NCBI RefSeq assembly: GCF_018977255.1
Contig: NW_024704743.1
Span: 22,570,001 to 22,634,000, forward strand
Reading direction: 5' to 3'
DNA: 64,000 bases
DNA from: Callorhinchus milii
Taxonomy: Eukaryota
Below the pieces are notes generated by a model. It saw only the letters and a program-made list of their open reading frames with translations. It was not told where the DNA came from and ran no database searches. Every line of letters begins with the position of its first letter. Position 1 is the first letter of the stretch. A program made the translations under genes and the position numbers. Below, piece after piece: positions 11,464-23,852 of this stretch.

Positions 11464-14400
11464 TTTTGTTTTAATCATTGGCCAAGGCACTGGAGAAGTT
11501 CCTTTCTCTTCGAATAGTGCCATGGGATCTTTAACGTGCACCTGAACAAGCAGGTGAGGCCTCAGTTTAACGTCTTACAATTTCGAGCTCCTCCACCACT
11601 GTGTTTGGAGTGTCAGCCGAGACTATAAGCTCCAAATCCTGCCTTGAGGCTTGGAGCTGCAATTATAGCACTTCCATATTGTTTTACTGAATTTCTCTGG
11701 AAATTGAGGAAGGTATTGCCTTATCTTCTGTTGGCGATGTAGTGGGTTTCTGCTCCATCTAGTGGACAGACTCCAGCAGATAGGTTCAACACCTGCTCAG
11801 TCGGCATCACTGATCACTCGGGTAAATGTAGTGTTCATTCATGTTTATTTACATTTGAAATCCTTGAGGAATGTGCGTGTCAATCCGACTGAAGCCAATT
11901 CCCAGTAAAAATGTCTGAATTATTCAAGCATGAAAGGCTTGAGAATCCTACTGTCATCTCAGTCATACAGGCCTCTCAACAGAAGCTTAGAGGCATGAAA
12001 GATTTATTTCTGTTCGTATCTGTGCCATTTAATTCTAATACCCAGGGTATCTTGTTTGGAAACTAGTCAACAAATTGTTGGCTCACTTATAATATAAGGG
12101 CAGCATTTGCCAGGTTGAGATATTGGTCTCGATAAACAGATTAGTCCAAGCTTACTTTAAAAATGATTCCCAGTCTACCTTGAAATGCCGGAATCTGCTT
12201 AACCACTCCAGAATATAATAATACAGTACTGGCATTTGAAATGCATCAGCCATTTGTACATGGCAATGGCCATAAACAGCCATGCAGTGAGTGACCGATT
12301 TTATTTGAGAAACTCTCTTCTCTTTTCGAATAATGCCATGGGATCTTTAACATCCACCTGAACAAGCAAACGGGAACTCGGTTTAACCTCTCATCTGAAG
12401 GACGCCACCTCCGACAATGCTGCACACCCGCAGCATTGCATTGGTGTCATCTTAAGAGTGTATGATTCCAAATCCCAATGTGGGACTTGGAACCCACAAC
12501 TTTCTGACTCAGAGACGAGAGTCTCAATGCTACCGCTGAGCCAAGCTGACACATTAAGTGAGGATTGGCAAGAGCCAAGGCTTGGAACCCCTGAGTGTCC
12601 ATTGAGCTCCTGCTGGAGTTCAACTAGTTAAAACAGCATAGCTTGCCACTGAGAGCACTGCCTGGCAACCTCCCCACTGCTAGAGATACAGGTCCTGTAC
12701 TCTGGAACACTCTCCTTCAATCCTCCACCTTGCCCCCCTCTCCCCTTTTTCAAGTCCTGCCTGAAAACCTTCCTCTTCGACCGTGCTTACAGCCACCCAC
12801 CCCCCCGGCTCGGAGTCAGGCTCCGCTACTGTTAAGCGCTCTGAGATGCTACCCTGCACGGAGGCCGCTACATAAGTGCAAGTTGTTGTTGAAATGGAAA
12901 GTTGAGTTCTGTAAGTTACTCCATGACTGGCACTCATATACTGGGATCTGCTCAGCGGCAGCTTCAGCTGAATTCAGTGAACAATTTGCACTGAGTTGAG
13001 GAAGAACTTCTTCACTCAAAGGGTGGTGAATGTATGGAACTCACTACCCCATAGGGCTGTTGACGCTCAGTCCTTGAACATATTCAAGACTGAGAGATAG
13101 ATTTCTTATTGCAAAAGGGATATGGGGATAAGACAGGGTCAGTTTATTAGCTGGAGTTAGAGTAGAAGATCAGCCATGATTGAATGGCGGGGCAGGCTCG
13201 AAGGGCCGAATGGCCTACTCCTGCTCCTACATGTTGTATCATGTTAACAATGTTTGGTGCGACGGTTTGGGAAGAAAAGTTATATTCATGATAAAAGGTC
13301 TTGTTCACCTGCAGTCAATCGACTGGGACAACACACATGCCACATAATGTGTCACATATTGCATTTTTCACCCTTATGTCACAAGGCTCGGCCGTCACAT
13401 TCCTAAAGTTGTTCATCTGAGTTGGTTTGTGCAGTTGCACTGTTCTTCCTCTGTAACTAAGTTAGATGGAATGTTACTGAAAAGTATTCACCATCCACCT
13501 AATGGTTCAACGCCATCAAAACAGTAGTATGTGCTTTCCCTTATGTCCTGTAGTTGGCACCATTACTCTACCACTGACAATCCACTGGCACATAGTACAA
13601 GTCTTGGGATGTTTACAGGTCATTCTCAGCATTGTTTTCTGAACCAAGGATTTCCCTCTTCAGTAAAACATCAAACCATTAGCTGTCAAACTCTGTGTTT
13701 ATGCGGGGAATAAAATGAAATGTTATTGCTGGAAATCCATATAAAATAATAGAAATGGACAGGACCGTGGTCAGCTACTGAAAGGTAACTCAATGTTTCC
13801 TGAGAACCGTTTAACGAGTTTACCTCTGTGTGGGAATGATGGGGGAAGAGAGATAAACAAGATCTCTGGTACAAAGAAAAAAAGAACTCCATCCGACTCC
13901 TTCCTGAAACTGGGAGTAAGTTGCCGTTCACAAATATCTTTTTTTCAAAAAAATCACTTTATACATTAATAATCTGCCTCTTCAGTACATTTTCTTACTT
14001 CAGCTACAGATTGATTCTTTCATTGAAATGATTCCTCTCAACGTGTGAGTTTTGCATCAGTTCTCATTATTACAGGCTCTCAGACCAAGAGTGTTATAGC
14101 TATTTGTGTGCTGTTAATACCCAGGATCTGATTGCAAATGGTAAATTAGAAACAATTAGAGTTGGAATTGAATCCAGCTCTCACTTAATGGGATAAACAT
14201 CTCTCTCTTGGGGCTGGTGGGAAGAGTTTGGGTTAGTTTCAACTTTGTTCTCAAGCTCATAAATAACCAGAATTGTATTGCTAATCTAAAATTAATTGAT
14301 CCAACACATTTTTAAAAAAGTTTATTTTCTATACATCTTCCTGTGCCTTCCTCTGATGTTTGTTACAGGGAGTTGCAAATAATATAATAATAATAATCCT

Positions 14401-15149
14401 TGCATTTGATATAGTGTCATCATGTCTTCTAGATGTCTCAAAAGCACTTACAATATACTGTAAAGTGAATTGACTGTATATTTTGTGGGCAAAATGCAGC
14501 AGCCAATTGCGCACAGCAGGATCCCACAAACAGTCGTGGATTGAAGTGACCAAATTATTATAATTATTGTCCCCTTTGGTAAACAGAGGCATGTGGAGTA
14601 AGGAAACTTGCCCAACATTTCACCCTACAACTGAGCCAGGCCAACCCACTATTTGTGGTAATTCATGAGTTATATTCAACGCTGAACTTGTTGATGATTG
14701 CATGCGAGTCTCTCCGGGCTGCTGGAAAAGCCACTTAGCTATGGATTGTTTCCTTTGGCCAGCGACCTGGCAGAGATGTAAGTAATATCTGAGGTTTGTG
14801 CAGCAGGATTTGAGATTTACAAATGCTGTCATGAATCTTGGCAAACTGTGCATCAGCCTGGCTCAGTTAGTATCACTCTTGCATCCACGTGGGAGTTTTC
14901 ACCTTGTCGTCTAGGATGACATTTCAATGTAGCACTAAGGAAGTGTTATATACCTGGAGATTCCCTACTTTGGGGTAATGTTAATGACATTTTCCCAACG
15001 TAGGGCTTGAACCCCCTGACTCAGAGGTGAGGTTGCTGTCAACTGAGCCAGGCTGACAATGAACTATTTAAGAGGGAGGTAGATGATAATTTAACAAGCA
15101 GGTGTCAATGGAAATGCTGAACTGGCATGAAAATGTATTGGAGATCAGT

Positions 15150-15693
15150 CATGACCTGGGCCAATGGAAAAGTGTGGCTGCAATTTTTCTACGGGATCTG
15201 CTATAAACACCCTCCGCTATAAAACGGCTAAAAAATTAAGTTTCTGGGGCCTGGGCCTCTCGGGCTGTTTATCTGATGTTGTTGTGGACAGAGCAGTGCG
15301 GCACAAGCAGGAAATGGGCTTCACTCTACTCGGAGGCCCCGCTGTCTTTTATTTCCTATGTTTAATGAATGTCTCTGTGTGAGTGTGTCCGTGTGCTGGG
15401 CCCTGGGAGTCAGGGGGTGATGAGCTCCTGCAGCCCTGCAACCAGGACACTGGAAACTGGGGACATCCAGTTTTTGTTATCCTAATAATTTTTCTTTGCA
15501 ACAATCTAATGTTATTTCCTTACGATTAATTGTTTTATCAATAGTGAAAAAATGTAGGTTGGCAGTAAATGTAAATGTACCTCAATAGCATCAATCAACT
15601 TCCCCTGCCCCCCCCCACAATTTTCTGCAAACTTTGCTAAATTTCATTGCAATTTTGGGGAAATATTTCCGCACTCTATTGGCCCAGGTCATG
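15150..15693. mobile_element. MITE / non-autonomous DNA transposon bounded by a perfect 16-bp inverted repeat CATGACCTGGGCCAAT
   Basis: 15150-15165 is the exact reverse complement of 15678-15693; imperfect pairing continues inward. Confidence 0.75.
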
Positions 15694-15759
15694 CTCTGAA
15701 TGGTTTACTTTGGGTCCTACGGTCTTGTTCTTAAAAAAAGGCAAAGTGTATTTTTTTTT

Positions 15760-17290
15760 AACACAAATTTCAATTTAACGTTTATTTTGGCTACAGTTGA
15801 ACAACATGTCTAAACTGAAATCCATAAGCGATAATGTAAAAATGACTTCCACTTCCCCCCCCCCACTCCTCTCCCATAAGAATTAAATTCAGCCATAATT
15901 CACTTTGGATCACACAATCCAGGAGTCATACAAACTACAAGTCTGAAAGAAAAGTAAATCCTGGGGTGGGAGATGCACAATTTTTCAATCAAACTTTTTT
16001 TTAAAAAATGTTACAATCTGGAAGCAGCAATAAGGCATGTACTGCACTGTTTAATTTACAAATGTTTTTGAAAATACGGTACATACTATTCTTTAATTTT
16101 TACACCAATAGTTTCTGCAGCTAAAATTACGTTTATATATTTTTGTATTAAACAGCTGCTTACATAGAAAATTACAATTTTACATCTTGTGACAAGGGGA
16201 CATTAACTAAATTTGTAAGATCTGTATAGTTCAACAGCCTTCATTATGCCCAGTGCATAAAGGAACATTTCAAAATTTATATTAAGACATGAATTGTACT
16301 ACAGAAAATGAAAATCAATGAAAAGGAGAATTTTTTGCCTTAGGTTACCAATAGTGCATTGAACTTCTGTAGAACTGTTCACAAATTAATATATTACATT
16401 TTTTCTTTTAAAAAGCAATAACTCAAAGCTGACAGAAGCCTCTGAAAGAAATGTTTGCAAATTTTGCATTTCTTTAAACAAAGAGAAAAGGCAGGATTAT
16501 GGAAAAAAAGAAAGATCCATCAACTTTTTAAAAAAAAGTATGATGCTGAAAACAAAATAGTCACTTCTGAGGCAAGGGAGGAAACCCTCTCTGTCTTTCT
16601 CTAATAGACAGCAAAGAGCACATGTATAATTGCTAACCTGTCATTGCGCTAAACTAGCTAATATCTTCTTCTTGCCCAATTCCACCCCACACCAAAATGA
16701 AACAGAATATTTCCCCTTGTCTACCAGTACTAATATTCAGAAGGGGAAACATAAAGCATAATGGAACTGCCAACCAAGTAATCATCCTTTCAGATAGTAA
16801 AACTATTGAGACACATTTCATTATTCCGACATAACAGAACAATCAGAAATCTGCGGTGTTCTCTGTGCTATATATTTACCCTTATCAGTGCCCATCATCT
16901 AACATTCCCCCACCCAAGGAAAAAATAAATCATGAAACCGTTCTGACTGGCCCTCCAGAAGGTTGCCAAGCATACATGTGCCAGTGATCATAAAGAAGAG
17001 GGTTCTTTGGTGCAATTAGTCCAATTTCATTTTAAAACATTTTTATTTTTTTAAGGATAATATGTACCAATAACAATGTTGCTGCTACCTCTGGACAGCA
17101 GCTCTCTGCCTAGCCAACACAATTATGTATGGCTCTATAAAACAGGTGTTACTTTAAAACCAATAGTTTTACAGTCAATCTCTGGAGCAATGGCGTGCAA
17201 CCTTATGTTGCAGTAGATACCGTTCGTAGCTAAAGGCAAAGGCTGTTTGTCATAAGGACAACTGCCTGTTGTCAGGGATCGTAGATGTTT
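15760..17290 (-). other. STT3B: STT3B 3' UTR (about 1.5 kb; end approximate)
   Basis: AT-rich stretch after the stop with no recognisable repeats, ending at an AATAAA followed by U/GU-rich sequence. Confidence 0.75.
15781..15786 (-). terminator. Probable STT3B polyadenylation signal AATAAA; a proximal AATAAA also lies at 17042-17047
   Basis: + strand TTTATT; downstream on the minus strand are TTTGTGTT and a T-run. Confidence 0.7.
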
Positions 17291-17371
17291 TTAGTTTGTC
17301 TTCCTGTTGGTTCTCTTGCCTTTCTTCAGTGCCAGTTTGTTCTTCACGTACCCACGCTTTCGTTTAGAGGT
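17291..17371 (-). CDS. STT3B: STT3B exon 16, coding part (81 nt): TSKRKRGYVKNKLALKKGKRTNRKTN*
   Basis: CCCTAG| acceptor; basic STT3B C-terminal tail; TAA at 17293-17291; summed CDS is 2337 nt in one frame. Confidence 0.95.
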   Translation of the reverse strand, partial: TSKRKRGYVKNKLALKKGKRTNRKTN

Positions 17372-18224
17372 CTAGGGTACAACGATGGAACATCATTAAT
17401 GATCTGCAGATGTTACAGTTCAACACACAGAATGACAATATTTGCAGAAAGTTGATCTTTTCAGGAATCCACACAAAGATGTTTGAGAGAGAAATATTTT
17501 TTTCCAAGTGGAGTCGTGTCAAAGGAGCAAAAATCTATTGCTGAGAAATGTTTTGAAACATGTCAAATAGTTTGATCCTCTGAGCTACTATAAACTTGGG
17601 AGACATTCTGGTAAAATGTATAGTGCTTTGCACAACAGCAGTGCAATACATCTACCTAATTCACATTATATTATTCCAAACATTACCACGGGGGTCAGTT
17701 AATTGTTAAGTTAGTGCTTGTTACTACTACCGCAACAGGTGGAACAGCATGAGAAATGGATTCTAAGCACAATGGTGTACTGATGCGTCCACTTTAATTA
17801 TTGAATTAAATTGAATTTTAAATTTGACATTTAAATGTCATTTTTAAAATGACACCATCNTTTTTTTCTACTTTCTCAAAACAGCTAGTTTCACGCTCAA
17901 TATTTCTGTAAGCAACAAGAGTACAAATTAAATTACACTGAAGCTACAGTGAAGTTGCAGCAATAAAGAATGCAGGGATACAACAGTAACTGGACGAAAC
18001 ATCATCTGTGGATTACATCATGCGCTTGCGGCTGGTCCCGGAGCTGGTTATCAGACCACTCTCTTGAGCATCATTGGGAATATGACCTCAGGGAACTTCG
18101 AGGGCTCAATCCCTTCAAATTTAAGTTGATTCATGTTGCTCAATAACATTCCACAACACATTTTAATTTTTGCAAAATATCAGTTAAATAAATATAAAGT
18201 TCGGTTCTCCAAAGGCTTCCCCAC

Positions 18225-18437
18225 CTTTTTTGATAAATACTTCTGTTTGGGCACAATGTTAGTTACTCTTGGTTTATGGGTAAGTTTCATTCGGTTGTCC
18301 GGTCTCTTGACTTTGTAAATCCTAACAAGCCAGTGCTCAGAAGTGAAGGCTTCCTCCAGGTGTTTGAACTTGATGTCCTTGTTACCGATTTCAGCATTTC
18401 TGGTACGATCAAATCCCGGGGGTGTTCTGAAATCCAG
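18225..18437 (-). CDS. STT3B: STT3B exon 15 (213 nt): [44 protein letters not shown]...KQKYLSKK
   Basis: Read manually; TTTTACAG| acceptor, AAG|GTGGGG donor. Confidence 0.97.
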
Positions 18438-19044
18438 CTGTAAAACAGAACATCTTTCATCAGTACTTACCGCACGGCAGCTCGAGAGCAGAGCTCAGCT
18501 GACAGAAGTTACCATCTTTATGTTTTTCATAAAAAAAATTTTGATGACTGCAACTTTCTGAAAACAGCTAGCTTTGTGATCAATATTACCTTTCCTGGAG
18601 AAAATGGTTAGCCTCAATATATTTGGCAAAGCGAGGGAACTCTTCCAATGTCTTAGTCAATATTCCTTCTTCATCCAATTTACGACGAAAGAATAAAGTT
18701 GTCATTCATTTCACTATTATTTATGGGACATTGCTGACACTATTTGCCTGGCTCAGTTGTACTCTCGCCTCTAAACCAAAAGATTCTGGGTTCAAGCTCC
18801 ACCTCAGGTACTTTGGGCTCAAGGTCTACATTAATATTCCATTTAGTTAATGCTGGGGAGTGCTGCATTGTCAGTCATGCTATCCTTCAGATCAGATGTC
18901 ATACCATTGTTCCATCTACCTATTCAGGTGGACATTAAATATCCCGTACTACTATTCGAAAAGAAAAGTTTCTCTCAGTGGCTTGGCCAACAATCCTCCA
19001 CATAAAAAATGATCATTTACTTTATTTTATGGCTGTTTGTGGGG

Positions 19045-19198
19045 CAAATTGGAACTCTCCATCTCACCCTTCCTTAATTCCCACCTTAAAGACTTACCTA
19101 CTCGCCTGGGTCTACAGTCACCTCCCTTCTCCCCCATTGTTCAGTGCTCAACTCCGCCACTGTATCGTGCTTCAAAACGTTTGCAAGTTATTGTTGTT
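19045..19198 (+). mobile_element. Degenerate L2 3' end abutting the exon 14 donor; preceded by a Deu-type SINE at about 18745-19040
   Basis: TGGAACTCTC...TGCAAGTTATTGTTGTT tail, as in the other L2 copies. Confidence 0.7.
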
Positions 19199-19200
19199 AC

Positions 19201-19314
19201 CTGCATCTCTCCAAATCTGTAGTAGGACATCTTGTACATAAGACAATTCAGTAAGGTTGGAGAGCCAGCCTTGTCCACACGGAACTCTCCTTGTGGTGTG
19301 AAGTAGTCACTTTC
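19201..19314 (-). CDS. STT3B: STT3B exon 14 (114 nt): [38 protein letters not shown]
   Basis: Read manually; TTTCAG| acceptor, CAG|GTAACA donor; preceding intron is only 117 nt. Confidence 0.97.
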
Positions 19315-19431
19315 CTGAAAGTTATAAAATTTGATTTAAAATCTCAGCTGCCTATTTTGATTTCAATTACACTAGCAAGTTTCCAACAAAGCTGTGAGGG
19401 GAGACTTTATCTTGTTAAAGGGTCACCTTAC

Positions 19432-19605
19432 CCGGATATCCTTTGGATGCTCTCCTTCGGCTATGCGGACCATCCAGAGAAACTTGTTAATGTCATCGCC
19501 AGAATAGCCAATCACTCCCCCAAAGATAATGAGCACATAGTCCACATCCAGACTCTGCATTATCTGATAGGCTGCACTCTCATTAGATGACATTGCCTTT
19601 CCAAC
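19432..19605 (-). CDS. STT3B: STT3B exon 13 (174 nt): [58 protein letters not shown]
   Basis: DK motif (DINKFLWM); TTCAG| and |GTAAGG sites. Confidence 0.98.
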
Positions 19606-19784
19606 CTGAAAGATGAATACACTCAGTTTTAAACAGCTCAGTTGTAGGATTCTGAACAGTAAAGAAAAATACAGGAACACATATTACAAGGTTTATCTCG
19701 ATGCAAACACTATCACTAGTGAGAGGTTTGCCTCTCAATCAGAGCTGATGCACAATTGGTTACCATGAGGCAATAACCAGATAT

Positions 19785-20380
19785 ACAACAACAACAAGAT
19801 TCCATTTATTGAGCGCCTTTCACGTCGGAGAGGACGTCCCAAGGCACTGTACAGTTGGGTCAGGACCGGAGCAGGGGGGAAATGGTCAGAGTGAGGGGAG
19901 GGAAGGGAGGGAGCGAGGAGGGGGTAGAGAGTCGAGAGGGGAGCTGAAGGCACGGTCAAAGAGAAAGGTCTTGAGAGCGGCCTTGAAGGAGGAAAGGGAG
20001 GAAGCGGCGAAGGCACTGGGGGATGGAGTTCCAGAGCCTCGGGGCTGAGAGGCTGAAGGCCCGGCCACCGATGGTAGGGCGGTTGGGGCGGGGGATGTGG
20101 AGCAGACCGGAGCCAGAGGAATGGAGGGTACGGGCAGGTAAGTAGGGGGATAGTAGATCGGAGAGGTCGGAGGGAGCAAGGCCGTGAATGGCCTTGTAGG
20201 TGAGGATGAGGATCTTGAATTCGATCCTCTGGGGGATGGGGAGCCAGTGGAGGCGAGCGAGGGTGGGAGTGATGTGGTCCCGAAGTCTGGTGCGGGACAG
20301 CACACGAGCTGCAGAGTTCTGAATGACCTGCAGCTTGTGGAGGGAGGTGCCGGGAAGGCCGGCGAGGAGAGAGTCCCATA
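19785..20380 (-). mobile_element. L2 LINE 3' fragment (young)
   Basis: LQVIQNSAARVL...LHWLPIPQRIEFKILILTYKAIHGLAP...GGRAFSLSAPRLWNSIP. Confidence 0.93.
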
Positions 20381-20606
20381 GTCCAGCCTTGATATAGTGA
20401 TTTATCATGTCAAAAGGTCTTAAAGTGGTGAACACGGCAGCCAATTTATGCATAGCAACGTCCCACAACTAGCCAGGAGGTGAATGACCAATTTAACTGG
20501 AAGATCGTTAGCAAGGACACCACAAGAAACTCCTCCTTTCAAATAGTATCATGGACTCTTTAACATCCACCATGAACAGGCAGACAGACAGGTCATTGGT
20601 TTAATG

Positions 20607-20691
20607 CAGTGATGGCCAACCTGTGGCATAAATCAAGAAATATTCAATCAAGCAAATTTATTTTGTTGGCCACTCATAAAGGTACACCCTG
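20607..20691. mobile_element. Small hAT-like MITE nested in a Deu-SINE; related fragments at about 42530-42620 and 43395-43540
   Basis: CAGTGATGGCCAACCTGTGG...CACCCTG ends; CATAAATCAAGAAATATTCAATCAA shared in inverted orientation with 43510-43535. Confidence 0.6.
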
Positions 20692-21496
20692 AGTTTCAAG
20701 TCACCAATGCAGGACTTGAACCCACAAATCACTGACCCAGAGGCGACAGTGTTACCACATAAGTTAGGCTAACATCGCATATTGTGAGAAAGAAGCTTGG
20801 GATGACAATATACCACTTCAGGAAAGCACTTGGGACATAACTGTGGTGTCAAGTTGCCAATTTTAATAGCATAACTTAATTTAAGTAAATGCTTCAGAGA
20901 CAGACAGAGGTATCAATAAGCACAGCTATTCAATTAACTGGCCGACTCAGACACAGATCTCGACCTAAGAGAACAGATGTATAAATTAATGGATTGCCTA
21001 CATCACAGTATGAAAGATTTGAATAAAAGAAACATATTAGAAACGTCAAATATCTTTTTGAACAAAAGAAACATATTAGACAAATTTTGATTGCCGATTG
21101 AAGGTCAGAAATAACACTTTGCAGTTAATCTGCTCTGCCATTAATTTAAGATCCTGTGCTAACATCGTGACAAACCGAAACCATCTTGCGGCTGCTTCGT
21201 GTAGAAGCATAATGGAGCACGAGCAATTCTATTGTCAATCATACCACTGTCAAAATTAAAGTGCACTGTGCTTTTCGTAGCTATACCTGAGAATGTTACA
21301 CTCTAAAATATATCGACTTGAAAACAAATGCATACTGTTAGGTGCTTGCACTTGGGAGTAGCAAAGATTCTGTTAGCAAGTGATATCTAATTACTTTCAC
21401 CCACTTGTGAAATCAACATGAGGCAAATCAGGCTGGGCCATAAGATTGCTTTATCTCCTTCTGAAAGCGTGGTTACCAGCTGACCTGGCTCCAAGA

Positions 21497-21824
21497 TAAT
21501 AAATAATAATAATCCTTGCATTTGATAAAGCACTTTTCACGTCTTCGAGACGTCTCAATATACTGAATATAATTCACAGAATATACTGTAAAGTGAATTG
21601 ACTGTATATTTGTGGGCGAAACGCAATAGCCAATTACGCACAGCAGTGTCCTACAAACAGCCGTGGATTGAGTGACCAAATTATTACTTTATTTTTTTTT
21701 CTTGAGGGATTATTATCAGGCATGTGGAGTAACAAAACTTGCCCAAGGTTTTGACTTGCCGGGAATTGAACCCACATCTCTCGCTTGCAAGGCGAGTGCT
21801 CTAACCACTGAGCTACAGGTCTCC
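21497..21824 (-). mobile_element. Family A tRNA-SINE, near full length
   Basis: Reverse complement of head, body and tail. Confidence 0.9.
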
Positions 21825-21931
21825 AAGCTGACGTGCTTGGCAACAGAATGTCGGAATTGAATAAACCGTCATCTGCAAGACTAGTTTTTTAAAAACATAA
21901 ATAAAACTTTGTTCTCATTTAGTGTTCTTAC

Positions 21932-22103
21932 CAGTGCAATGTGGCTATTATTCCACGTATTGTTGTCTACCAAAGTGGTCCTATTGGCCATTCCAGCAAT
22001 TTGATATCCATAATCCCACCAAGACATCACTCGAGCATGTTGATCAGTGTTCTGTCGCAGCCAGTAATAGGCTTCACGGAAGTCATCCAGGATATTACGT
22101 GTG
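21932..22103 (-). CDS. STT3B: STT3B exon 12 (172 nt): [57 protein letters not shown]
   Basis: WWDYG and DNNT signature motifs; TTTACAG| and |GTAAGA sites. Confidence 0.99.
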
Positions 22104-22228
22104 CTGTAAAACAAATTTTATATAAACTACAAATAGCAAAATGGATTCTGAAGTCTATATTTGGTACAACGAAATAGCAGCAGTTTATACAAAATCCTAC
22201 ATTTCTAAGCGTTTTCTGAAATAATAAT

Positions 22229-22545
22229 ATATAATAATAATCCTTGCATCTGATATAGCGCTTTTCACGTTTTTTAGACGTCTCACAGCGCTTCACAGAA
22301 TATACTGTAAAGTGAATTGACTGTATATTTGTGGGCGAACGCGGCAGCCAATTGTGCACAGCAATGTCCCACAAACAGTCGTGGATTGAAAATGACCAAT
22401 CTATTATTGTTTGGTTTTGGAGGGATTATTATTAGGCTCTGTGTGGAGTAAGGAAACTTGCCCAAGGTTTCGCCCTCTGCCTGGAATTGAACCCAGGTGT
22501 CTCGCTTGCAAAGCGAGTGCTCTAACCACTGAGCTACAGGACTCC
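22229..22545 (-). mobile_element. Family A tRNA-SINE, full length
   Basis: Head with TGC anticodon loop (CTTTGCAA) and B box GGTTCAATTCC; very similar to the copy at 41908. Confidence 0.92.
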
Positions 22546-23852
22546 TGAAATGACGCACTAAGCAGAAAAATAATGGTCTGTGTATAATAACACGACAATC
22601 ACAGAATAATAAGCAATTTACTGCTACTTAAGACTGGCAGACCAAGTTAGCAGATTTAATTCAAATGCTATTGATCAATAAAATTATCCTCGAGAGGGTG
22701 GGGGGGATTAGAGTCTTCTTGGATCGGAACTGGCTCCAAAAGTGACATGGTCACAGAATATCAGAATTGAAACAACCCTCACTGATCTGCTTCCTGAGCC
22801 AGAGCAGCCAGGCTGACTCATCAGCAGGACTTGGTTTTGACAGACCAATTGGGGGATAGGGACTCTTCCAGCCGACAAGCCAAAAGCCCCAATGGGCAGC
22901 GGCTCGAGCTGGACAAGCAGCAGGAAAGCTTGCCAGGCAGTGCTCCCGGTAGCCAGCGATGGGAGTTTTAGCTGGTTACATTCCAGCAGTACCCCAACGC
23001 ACACAACGCATCCCCTCAGAGAGAGGGAACATTTCATTCCAGATACAGGAGTATTTTCATGTATAAGTGGCATAGATGTGAAACTTGTCTGGTTTGGGTA
23101 CTCTTAAAGTGATGAGCTTCCTCATGTGTCAGACATGTGGCTAACCAATANTTTTTTTAATATGGAACTCACTGCCTGAAAGGGTGGTGGAAGCAGAATC
23201 GATAGTAGCTTTCAAAAGGGAATTGAACAAATTTGCCCACAAAATATACAGTCAATTCACTTTATAGTATACTCTGTGAAGCGCTTTGAGACATCTCGAA
23301 GATGCGATAAGGTGCTATAGCAAATGCAAGGATTATTATTATTATTATATTCAAAAGGAAAAGGTTTGCAGAGTTATGGGGTAAGAACGGGGGAGTGGGA
23401 CTAGTTGGACAGCTCTTTCAAAGAGCCGGCACAGGCTCAATGGGCTGAATGGCCTCCGTCTGTGCTGTAACATTCTATGATTCTAACAATACCCAAATGT
23501 CTGAAACACAATTCTACCTCCGTTCATTACGTATCAATGCTGAGCAAATGACGTAAGCTTTTCCTAGAGTAGTCCTAGAAATAAACTTGCGCACAAACCT
23601 TCCCAATAAAAATTATTTGTAACAATCTGAATTTAAAAAGGAACTTCATGAATCAAATAGGAAATTTTCCCATTTCAAAATCATACAAAATAAAAAGCAC
23701 TGCCTGTGAAAGTGAGCAAAGCTGTAATTGATTCAATCATATCTTTCCTACTTTCTACTCCCTCTCCCCCCACCAAAATGACAACTGAAACATTACAGGC
23801 AACAAAAATCTGAAGAGAGAAAGCAGAGAATAAGTACAACGCAATTCCCTAC

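Noticed and set aside
19735..20468. RT-like ORFs here and at 38472-38934, 56409-56750 and 62032-62793 as host genes
   Set aside because: They are 5'-truncated, frameshifted L2 or CR1 fragments
17860..23151. Single N bases at 17860 and 23151
   Set aside because: Assembly ambiguities next to T homopolymers, not biological
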